NCBI GenBank assembly: GCA_048128005.1
Contig: JBEUKZ010000107.1
Span: 372,001-436,000, forward strand
Source of the DNA: Veleropilina oligotropha
Taxonomy: Eukaryota
Length of the DNA stretch: 64,000 bases
Direction: 5' to 3'
The translations under genes were made by a program, and so were the position numbers. Below, piece after piece: positions 24,101-36,100 of the stretch. The first letter of the stretch is position 1. Each line of letters starts with the position of its first letter. The notes beneath the pieces were generated by a model. That model ran no database searches. It worked only from the letters and a program-made list of their open reading frames with translations, and was not told the DNA's origin.

Positions 24101-27100
24101 AGCCGTATTACAGGAGGATGGACCCGGCGCCCGTGGGCTGCCCTGTCCTTCCTCCAGGAGGTTGCTGCCGTTATGGAGACCAACGCGTTGGAGACGGGAC
24201 GTGTCCTGGGTAACGCACTCCTACTTCGTAGGGCCGCTTACCTTGAAGGCACCTCGCTAGATGAGGCCACCCGGCGCTCGTTGCGATGCGTGCCTTGCTC
24301 GGCCACCACTCTATTTGCCGACGATTTCTCAGAATTCGTCGACAGAGAGCGGCGGACCTGACGGACCGTACCATCGAGTAGGCGGTGCTGCACCCCCCGG
24401 GGGTCCACCCGCCGACTCGAGGAAGCGTTCAGGGCCCACCTGGACCCCGAAGCCTTCCAAGCGTGCATGGCCCTCTTCTGGTGGTAGGCCCCGGCCATTA
24501 ACCCACTCCGAAGAGGCAAGCACCTCCAACAAGCTCCCGTACGCAGAGCGGGAGAGGGAAGCCTCGGCCCTAGGGCTGCCGGCACACACACGACAGTCCC
24601 AGCTACCCGCTTCCGCCGGTGGAAGCGTATCTGTTAGCGTACAGCCAGCCATGGCTAGACTACCAGACAGTAGCTGGGTCCCTCCGTCGTGAGTGCCGGA
24701 TACAAGTTGGTTCAACCGGCATCCGACCCTAAACGAGGCACCACCAACAAGACACGCTCGCCTCCTAATCGGAGAAAAGCGAGCGGTCTTAGACCAGGCA
24801 GTGCGGGACCTACCCGCGCCGCCCAGCACACCAGGAAAATACAGCCATTTCTTCCTGGTCCCGAATCCCGATGGCCGCTAGCGACCGATCTTCGGTCTCT
24901 CGTAAACTATATCTTCGTACCGAGAAATTCCAGCAAGAATCCCTCTCGAAGATACGAGCGGCCATCCATCCGGGCGACTGGGCAGCGTCTATCTATCTGA
25001 CCGACGCGTATCTGCATGCCCCGATGCATATCACGGCTCATCAGTACCTTCGGTTTACACACGGGAGACGATCTACCATTCAGGTTCCTACCGTTCGGTC
25101 TATCGTCAGCCCCGTACGTCTTCACGAGAACAGTACAGGCCCTTAGGGCCTTCCTACACTCTCTAGGGCTCAGGGTACATATATACCTCGACGACTGGCT
25201 GATCTCGGGGCGTCCCGAGATCTGTGCCTCCGGTCTACGAGCTTTACCCTGTCATCGACGAAGCGCCTGGGATTTCAGATCAACGAGACAAAATCCTGCT
25301 TCGTGCCCTCGACGACGTTTACGTTCCTCGGAGTCGACTTCGATACGGTCCGGTACACCGCGAAGCCGACCCAGAAGCGTATGCGGAACCTACGCGCGGT
25401 TATCCAAGACACCCTGTCATCGGACATAACTACGGCGCGACAACTGGCCACTGTCCTGGGGCACATCGAGTCGGTAGCGCCCCTGCTACCGACGGGTCGC
25501 ATGGACAAAATACCGTTACAACAGGCGTTCAGGGATCGCTGGATACAACGGACGGGGCAGTGGACGGATCGCATCGATCTACGGCATTGGTTTACCGACA
25601 CGACAGCAGTGTGGTTGAACCCCACTTTGCCGGACCAGTCGGTTCCTATATCCCCACCAGAGCCGAACGCTTACCTGTTCACAGACGCTTCGAACGACGG
25701 CTGGGGTGGTCACCTCGACAGTTACGAGACATCAGGCCTATGGCCGACAGACCTTCAGGGACGACATATCAACTTCCTAGAGTTAGAAGCCGTCTACCTG
25801 TCAGTACGGTCCCTCTCGTTACATCTCCGCAACAAGCACATAATGCTCGCCACGGACAACACGACTGTCGTCGCTTACATACAGCACCAGGGCGGTACTC
25901 GCTCGCGTCCCCTATGCGACCGAGCAATAGACCTACACCGCTTAGTGATGTCCCTCAACTCGACGATTCGAGCCCGACACATCCCGGGAAAGCTGAATGT
26001 CAGAGCGGATTCGCTCTCTCGGAGATCACAGATTATACACACAGAGTGGACGCTACACAGCCGAGTAGCTCGGGATGTTTGCCGCCGGTGGTCGCAACCC
26101 CAAGTCGATTTGTTTGCAACAGAATTCAATTACCGACTACCTCTGTATGTCTCCCCGTACCCAGACCCGGCCGCCCTAGCGGTCGACACACTGTCAATGA
26201 CATGGGAGAATCTGTCCGCGTATGCCTTCCCCCCGACGTGCATTCTATCACTGGTATTACAGAAGGCAGCGACCGAACGTTGCGAGATAACGCTAATAGC
26301 GCCCCTGTATCGCACGCAACCTTGGTTTCCGACCCTCCTCGATCTGATCGTCGATCGACCGTTAGCGTTACCGCAGAAACTAGACCTGTTAATGCAACCA
26401 CGCACCCGTGTACTCCACGAGTCGCCGAACCACTTACGTTTACACGCCTGGCGGTTATCGAACGATCCCTTGCTAAGAAAGGATTTTCTAAAGCTACAGC
26501 CTTACGTATCTATCGATCGAGAAGGATTTCCACGACAAAAGTCTATGACTACCGATGGGTTAAGTACGTGGATTGGTGTCACAGCAGGCAGGTCAATACC
26601 CCGTCCCCCTGTGAACAAGTTTATCGAGTTTTTATCGTCGCTCTTCGACCGCGGTATGTCAGTGTCCGCCGTCAAAGGCTATCGGGCAACGATCGCGACC
26701 ACGTTAAAACAGTGTCGTGCCCATGCCGGCCTATCAAGCGACCGAACGATATCAGATTTTATACGATCTTACGAACTCGAGATACCGACCCGAAAATTAA
26801 GCCACCTGCTTGGAATATCGTACTTATTCTTAACGCATTACTCTTACCCCCGTATGAGTCGATGTCCGAGATAACCATGAGGAACTTGACGCACAAACGG
26901 TTTTTCTGATCGCCTTAGCGTCGGGCAGGCGTTGTTCCGAGATTCATGCTTTCTCCTCCGAGCTATGAGATATACGATTCCAGTCAGACGGGTCGGTGAT
27001 ACGGCGTCCTATTCTGGGCTTCCTAGCCAAGAACCACGGCCGAACGAGGACGCACCCGATGTTGTTATCCCCAAGCTAACGCTAGTCGGAAGGCGCGACA

Positions 27101-30100
27101 CAGACCGCTTCAATTGCCCGGTCCGGGCGCTTCGGTTCTACCTAGACAGACCCGTGATTTGCGGCAGGGAAAATTACGTTTATTCATATCGTATTTGTCC
27201 ACCTACACCCGCGACATTACGAGGACTACTGTTTCGCGGTGGATTTCACAGACAGTGATGTATACATCCGCTGTGACAACGACGACCGAACTATTTATCG
27301 GTCCGCGCACATGAAGTCCGGGCAAATTGCCGCGTCTGTAGCATTCCGACATAATTTAAATATCAATGCGTTACTTCAGGCTGGATATTGGAAACACGCT
27401 AATGTGTTTGTCAAACATTATCTGCGGGACTACTCAACAAGTGCTGATGGCCTGAGCAGCTTACAGTGTGTTGCTGCACAAAGGGTTATTGTTAGACCGA
27501 GGTCTTCTAATCAGTAAGTATTGTTCTCTGATTGATCATTTGCATATTTACTGACGCCATTTTATTTTTGTTGGCCAAACGGTGCTACGAAAATTAACAC
27601 CTATGAGGCAGTTCAATGTCTGTTCATTTCTTAAATCTAATTTAAGATTTTGTACTTTTCATGTCAGACCTGAGCAGTTGACAGCCAGATTACATTGAAT
27701 TTAATAAAACAACTTTTATAATTTTGCACAAACCTTAAAAAAGATTGAGGTTCAATATTATTTTGTTCTTTGCTGTAATCGAACATACGATGTTCAATAC
27801 ATTAAAAAATGTTGATTCCTTAACATTTATTTTTAAGTAACATGTCGAACATTTTTGCTTCCTTAAAATTTATTTTAAGTGACATGTCGTCCATGTTAGC
27901 GTTCGCAAGTTGGTCATGCGAATTACTTATTAATATCGATTATTTATAATAATCTATTAATTCTTTGCTTTTGATTTAAAGCTTTCACAACCTGTTAGGT
28001 TCCGTGTGCTTACAAATCCGACTGCATCCTCTGGCTACCGGCCTTCGGCCAGGAGTACCATTTGGCTGCCACTGGTCCATGACACGTAAGACCTACAGGG
28101 ATTTATCCTTCCGGCCGTGCCTGGGGCTGATTGCACTTCCGTTCACCTCGTCCGACTCACACCACGGCGTATTCTCCCGGTAACACTGGTCGAAATTCTC
28201 GCTTGGTAAGAGTAGAATATAATACTCAGTAAAAATTCCACTCTAGGCGGACACAATCGACGCTTCATGCTGATTGAATTGGTGACAAGTAAGTCATTAT
28301 CTTGTTTGGGTTTGTTGTAAGGAACGTCTTACCCACCTATCCAAGGTTATTCTGGCAAGAGTAAGGACGTAAGTATGTTTGTAACTATATATGAGGTTTT
28401 AATGTAAACCTAATATTAGTATAAAACATACTTACGTCCTTACCACGATTACCCACCCTGCGTTTCGCATTCCTCCCCTCTACTACGTTCCTTTGTGGTT
28501 TTTGAACTTTGAATTGATGTCATGTGACTTCTATGGTTCAGAAGTCTCGCGAGACTTGGCGAGGTCTCGCGGGGGAACGTGGTGGAGGTGGAGCAGGGGA
28601 GGTAACCGTGGTACGTTTTTGCGTCTTTGACTTATTAATAGTGCATAACGTGACTTATTCACTGTTTCCGGTTGGCAATAATATTACTATTATGGCAAGA
28701 GTAAGGACGTAAGTATGTTTTATACTAATATTAGGTTTACATTAAAACCTCATATTCATGTGAACTGCCAGCTATCAAATCTCATTGATTTTTCACAAAA
28801 TTTACGAGTGTCAAGTTTCTAATTTGGTTCAGTATATATGAAAAGAATTTTTGATACAGTCAGAGATCGAACTCCGGCACTCATGATTTTGACGACTAGT
28901 GTGGTTTCTACTCAGACACGCCATCTGTTACATTGTACATATGGACCACGAAGCCAGCAAAACTCATTCAAATGTGTCAATGATTATTCATATCATTGCT
29001 TTTACGACCACTATTTATTCGACATTACGTTTATGAGTGAGAGTACTTGTTGCATCAGAATTGCCCTTATGGAAAACATCATTTGCAAATATTTCTTGTT
29101 GTCTTGACTATTATTATTGTCATTTTGAGAACGAGAACTATAATTGTTTCCCCTGACATTTAGTTGGCGATAATATGTGTTTTTCTCTGTTTCTTCGCTA
29201 ATACCAATTTTGGATCATTTTAACTGGCTGCCGTGGGAGGGAGTCAACCCCCTCAGATTATTGACTCCGAGTTGATAGCTAAAGGTTCCTTTATCTTTTA
29301 GCGGCCACACAAAGCCACTCAGGAGGAGATGACCAAGTTCCACAGTGATGACTACATCAAGTTTCTGCGCAGCATCCGACCCGACAACATGTCAGAATAC
29401 AATAAGCAGATGCAGCGATGTAAGAGACCAGCCCATCTTGGCTTCATTGACGCGTGTCTCACTATTCTATGTGATTTCTAGCAAACATATGTTCAATGCT
29501 ATATGACCTCCAGAACAAAACTTTATTCTGCAACAAGTTTATCAATAAAGTTTACTATAATTAAAGTATTATGAATTTATAACTTGCAGTACGTAGATCT
29601 ATGGTACAATAATAATTGAAACGATAACGTAAATGTATTGTGGATGACATATTAATCCACAAACAATTATTATTTAACCTCATTTATGTCGTGTACTTGT
29701 TGATGTTTTTATGCTCGTCATATAGAACTAAGTTCTGTAGGTGTAGTCATGTTACTTGTCTTGCAGTCAATGTCGGTGAGGACTGTCCGGTGTTTGACGG
29801 GATGTACGAGTTCTGCCAGCTCTCAACCGGCGGTTCAGTGGGTAAGTTTGGTGTGGTATGAATCGATGCTTAATTAATGTCCTGAGATAACCGTCCCAGT
29901 TATGGACAACTGTGACTGTTAACTGAATCAAGAGTATCTGTATGGAATCGGTGGGAAAGTAAAAGCGTCGAGTGCGTGTATGCTAATATGGAATCAGTGG
30001 GAAAGTAAAACAGTCTAGTGCGTGTATGCTAATTAAGAAATGAGAATAATGAGACTGTTCATCATTTGAAATAAAACAATATGTACAACAAATAATCATG

Positions 30101-33100
30101 ACATTTGTCACTCTTTGGATTCTATTGGTCTTTAGACTGCAGTATGGATCACTCTGGATATCTTTAGACTGCAGTATGGATCACTCTGGGTATCTTTAGA
30201 CTGCAGTATGGATCACTCTGGGTATCTTTAGACTGCAGTATGGATCACTCTGGATATCTTGAGACTGCAGTATGGATCACTCTGGGTATCTTTAGACTGC
30301 AGTATGGATCACTCTGGGTATCTTTAGACTGCAGTATGGATCACTCTGGGTATCTTTAGACTGCAGTATGGATCACTCTGGATATCTTTAGACTGCAGTA
30401 TGGATCACTCTGGGTATCTTTAGACTGCAGTATGGATCACTCTGGGTATCTTTAGACTGCAGTATGGATCACTCTGGGTATCTTTAGACTGCAGTATGGA
30501 TCACTCTGGGTATCTTTAGACTGCAGTATGGATCACTCTGGGTATCTTTAGACTGCAGTATGGATCACTCTGGATATCTTTAGACTGCAGTATGGATCAC
30601 TCTGGGTATCTTTAGACTGCAGTATGGATCACTCTGGGTATCTTTAGACTGCAGTATGGATCACGCTGGTTATCTTTAGACTGCAGTATGGATCACTCTG
30701 GGTATCTTTAGACTGCAGTATGGATCACTCTGGGTATCTTTAGACTGCAGTATGGATCACTCTGGATATCTTTAGACTGCATTATGGATCACTCTGGATA
30801 TCTTTAGACTGCATTATGGATCACTCTGGGTATCTTTAGACTGCAGTATGGATCACTCTGGGTATCTTTAGACTGCAGTATGGATCACTCTGGGTATCTT
30901 GAGACTGCAGTATGGATCACTCTGGATATCTTTAGACTGCAGTATGGATCACTCTGGATATCTTTAGACTGCAGTATGGATCACTCTGGATATCTTGAGA
31001 CTGCAGTATGGATCACTCTGGGTATCTTTAGACTGCAGTATGGATCACTCTGGGTATCTTTAGACTGCAGTATTGATCACTCTGGGTATCTTTAGACTGC
31101 AGTATGGATCACTCTGGGTATCTTTAGACTGCAGTATGGATCACTCTGGATATCTTTAGACTGCAGTATGGATCACTCTGGGTATCTTTAGACTGCAGTA
31201 TGGATCACTCTGGGTATCTTTAGACTGCAGTATGGATCACTCTGGGTATCTTTAGACTGCAGTATGGATCACTCGGGGTATCTTTAGACTGCAGTATGGA
31301 TCACTCTGGTTATCTTTAGACTGCGGTATGGATCACTCTGGGTATCTTTAGACTGCAGTATGGATCACTCTGGGTATCTTTAGACTGCAGTATGGATCAC
31401 TCTGGTTATCTTTAGACTGCAGTATGGATCACTCTGGGTATCTTTAGACTGCGGTATGGATCACTCTGGGTATCTTTAGACTGCAGTATGGATCACTCTG
31501 GGTATCTTTAGACTGCAGTATGGATCACTCTGGGTATCTTTAGACTGCAGTATGCAGGGCTAGCGCTGGCTTTTCATTTTCTGACGCCAATGAATTCGCC
31601 AATTGCTATTTTGCCGCGCCAATTTCAGATGAGATTCGCCAATTTTAGATTGGATTCGCCAATATAAAAATTTTGAGTTAATATTATGGAGGCTACCCAG
31701 ACAAAAACATATAAGCGACTTATCATGGCTCTTGTTTCAACAGTTTGAAAACATCTCGTGGGAATCCAGTAGTTTTCAAATAAATCGAGGGTATATATTA
31801 TATATATGTGTGTGTGTGCAGGCAGCACACATGCATTGTATACATACATATACAGTCAATTCAGTGTTCACTATTATATTTCTTGTAAATATAAAATAAC
31901 TTTTTATTTTGTCATCATGATCATGCATTATTATTTTTTATATTGCTTAATTTGTTGTTTTCTCTTTCTGTGCTATTTCATTTTTATTTTCCCTCCAATA
32001 AATAATCCATTTCATAAACTTTGACCTTTCTTATTGCTGTCAGTGCCCAGGACTGTGTTTTGCGACATGTATGCAAATTAGGGATGGTGCTTGTGACGTG
32101 TTCCTCAGATCTGTTGTAAAACTCTTGCCTTTGATCTCCGGAGCAAACTTGGCTGTTCCGTCTATTAACGTTACTGTAACAGCCGAGAGGGACGGAAACC
32201 CAGACTTGGCTAGCCACCATTAGTAGGGACTGTTTTGTCTGCTGGATTGCCACGAATTTATAACATTTTCATTGAGTAAAGACTGCATAATATTTACAGC
32301 ATGAAGGTATTATTAGGTAACTTTATCCATGGTATTTCAATAGAATATCTATCTATATGCAATATATTTCTGAAGTGGTATATTTTGAGTTTTGTCTAAG
32401 AATGTTTTTGCCCAGACAGTTGGCGCGCGATGACGCTTCTTAGAAACGAAACCCTGATTATAGTATATGCACACGGACCATTTGATAATGTCTTAGAAAC
32501 GAAACCCTGATTATAGTATATGCACACGGACCATTTGATAATGTCTTGTCCTTTATTACAAAAAATAAAAATAATTTCGTTCATTGACGTGATTTGATTA
32601 AATAGCACAGGGCACTAGATCTATTTTTACTACTTGAAACAAAGAGAGTCGGGCAAATGAAGCATTGCCCGACATCCTGTTACAGCATAAACTTCTAATG
32701 TCCTGATTTCATGACGTAACCAGTACGCAGCGCTATTGGCGGTTTGCCTAGTTATTGCGACGGCAGCTTTAGTGTTACTTTTGTTTTAAAAAATACGTTA
32801 TTCGTTTAGTTTAACGTGATTCTTATGATGCTATTTAATTGAGATTATCTTCTTCCTAACTCGCGTATATTGAAGTTCCGGTCAAAATTTGACATTAACC
32901 GGAATCTAAACAGTTAAAATGCGACTCAGGTATCGAAAGTCTGCTGGTGAACTTTCCCCAGTTCAAGACTCGTCGACAATGCGCGTGCGTGACGAACTCG
33001 TTTCACAAGTCAATCAACAACTGTCCATCATTCATAAACCTCATACGTTTTAATCCAATGGAATCGCCGGAAATAATGAGAACTAGGCCAAATGAATATT

Positions 33101-36100
33101 GATGAGATGGATGAAGTCACGTAAAGACACGCATTGAAACGAGACAAATATGACAAATGGACGCCCGAATTCGAACGTTTTCACTTTGTGGCGAAAAAAG
33201 GACTAATAACAGAATAAATGGGTCAAAGCAACGGTTGAAATAAGGTTTATTCACACATATACAGGCAAGTAAGAAATAAAAGATACACTTATTCTCAACT
33301 AAGCTGTTTGTCAGTTTAATTTAGCTCTGAAAATGCGCATTACGAAAATGAAAAGTTATGTAGCATGATTTTAAAATCGCTATTGGATTCGCCAAAGCGA
33401 ATTTTGAAGCGCCAATACTTTTTCAAATTCGCAATTTGCGATTTTGGCGCCCGACAGCGCGAGCCCTGAGTATGGATCACTCTGGTTATCTTTAGACTGC
33501 GGTATGGATCACTCTGGGTATCTTTAGACTGCAGTATGGATCACTCTGGATATCTTTAGACTGCGGTATGGATCACTCTGGGTATCTTTAGACTGCAGTA
33601 TGGATCACTCTGGGTATCTTTAGACTGCAGTATGGATCACTCTGGGTATCTTTAGACTGCAGTATGGATCACTCTGGTTATCTTTAGACTGCAGTATGGA
33701 TCACTCTGGGTATCTTTAGACTGCAGTATGGATCACTCTGGGTATCTTTAGACTGCAGTATGGCTCACTCTGGGTATCTTTAGACTGCAGTATGGATCAC
33801 TCTGGGTATCTTTAGACTGCAGTATGGCTCACTCTGGGTATCTTTAGACTGCAGTATGGATCACTCTGGATATCTTTAGACTGCAGTATGGCTCACTCTG
33901 GGTATCTTTAGACTGCAGTATGGATCACTCTGGGTATCTTTAGACTGCAGTATGGATCACTCTGGTTATCTTTAGACTGCAGTATGGATCACTCTGGGTA
34001 TCTTTAGACTGCAGTATGGATCACTCTGGATATCTTTAGACTGCAGTATGGATCACTCTGGATATCTTTAGACTGCAGTATGGATCACTCTGGTTATCTT
34101 TAGACTGCGGTATGGATCACTCTGGTTATCTTTAGACTGCAGTATGGATCACTCTGGGTATCTTTAGACTGCAGTATGGATCTCGCTGGTTATCTTTAGA
34201 CTGCAGTATGGATCACTCTGGGTATCTTGAGACTGCAGTATGGATCACTCTGGTTATCTTTAGACTGCAGTATCGATCACTCTGGGTATCTTTAGACTGC
34301 AGTATGGATCACTCTGTGTATCTTTAGACTGCAGTATGGATCACTCTGGGTATCTTTAGACTGCAGTATGGATCAATCTGGGTATCTTTAGACTGCAGTA
34401 TGGATCACTCTGGGTATCTTTAGACTGCAGTATGGATCACTCTGGATATCTTTAGACTGCAGTATGGATCACTCTGGGTATCTTTAGACTGCAGTATGGA
34501 TCACTCTGGGTATCTTTAGACTGCAGTATGGATCACTCTGGATATCTTTAGACTGCAGCATGGATCACTCTGGGTATCTTTAGACTGCAGTATGGATCAC
34601 TCTGGGTATCTTTAGACTGCAGTATGGATCACTCTGGGTATCTTTAGACTGCAGTATGGATCACTCTGGGTATCTTTAGACTGCAGTATGGATCACTCTG
34701 GGTATCTTTAGACTGCAGTATGGATCACTCTGGATATCTTTAGACTGCAGTATGGATCACTCTGGGTATCTTTAGACTGCAGTATGGATCACTCTGGGTA
34801 TCTTTAGACTGCAGTATGGATCACTCTGGGTATCTTTAGACTGCAGTATGGATCACTCTGGGTATCTTTAGACTGCAGTATGGATCACTCTGGGTATCTT
34901 TAGACTGCAGTATGGATCACTCTGGGTATCTTTAGACTGCAGTATGGATCACTCTGGGTATCTTTAGACTGCAGTATGGATCACTCTGGGTATCTTTAGA
35001 CTGCAGTATGGATCACTCTGGGTATCTTTAGACTGCAGTATGGATCACTCTAGGTATCTTTAGACTGCAGTATGGATCACTCTGGGTATCTTTAGACTGC
35101 AGTATGGATCACTCTAGGTATCTTTAGACTGCAGTATGGATCACTCTGGGTATCTTTAGACTGCAGTATGGATCACTCTGGGTATCTTTAGACTGCAGTA
35201 TGGATCACTCTGGGTATCTTTAGACTGCAGTATGGATCACTCTGGGTATCTTTAGACTGCAGTATGGATCACTCTGGGTATCTTTAGACTGCAGTATGGA
35301 TCACTCTGGATATCTTTAGACTGCAGTATGGATCACTCTGGGTATCTTTAGACTGCAGTATGGATCACTCTGGGTATCTTTAGACTGCAGTATGGATCAC
35401 TCTGGGTATCTTTAGACTGCAGTATGGATCACTCTGGGTATCTTTAGACTGCAGTATGGATCACTCTGGTTATCTTTAGACTGCAGTATGGATCACTCTG
35501 GGTATCTTTAGACTGCAGTATGGATCACTCTGGGTATCTTTAGACTGCAGTATGGATCACTCTGGGTATCTTTAGACTGCAGTATGGATCACTCTGGGTA
35601 TCTTTAGACTGCAGTATGGATCACTCTGGGTATCTTGAGACTGCAGTATGGATCACTCTGGGTATCTTTAGACTGCAGTATGGATCACTCTGGGTATCTT
35701 TAGACTGCAGTATGGATCACTCTGGGTATCTTTAGACTGCAGTATGGATCACTCTGGGTATCTTTAGACTGCAGTATGGATCACTCTGGGTATCTTTAGA
35801 CTGCAGTATGGATCACTCTGGATATCTTCAGACTGCAGTATGGATCACTCTGGGTATCTTTAGACTGCAGTATGGATCACTCTGGGTATCTTTAGACTGC
35901 AGTATGGATCACTCTGGGTATCTTTAGACTGCAGTATGGATCACTCTGGGTATCTTTAGACTGCAGTATGGATCACTCTGGGTATCTTTAGACTGCAGTA
36001 TGGATCACTCTGGGTATCTTTAGACTGCAGTATGGATCACTCTGGATATCTTTAGACTGCAGTATGGATCACTCTGGATATCTTTAGACTGCAGTATGGA

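Larger units (their letters stand above)
21328..28755 (+). mobile_element. DIRS1-type tyrosine-recombinase retrotransposon (ITRs plus ICR), ~7.4 kb
   Basis: Inverted terminal repeats ~21340-21555 and ~28505-28720; internal complementary region 28353-28443; gag, RT, RNase H, methyltransferase and YR remnants; GC-rich interior. Exact ends are ambiguous within an AT run. Confidence 0.95.
20040..28834 (-). mobile_element. Tc1 (DD34E) DNA transposon, split by the DIRS insertion
   Basis: TA|CACTGAACCAAATTATAAACTTGACACTCGT at left matches the inverted ACGAGTGTCAAGTTTCTAATTTGGTTCAGTA|TA at right (~31 bp, 2 mismatches). Confidence 0.9.
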
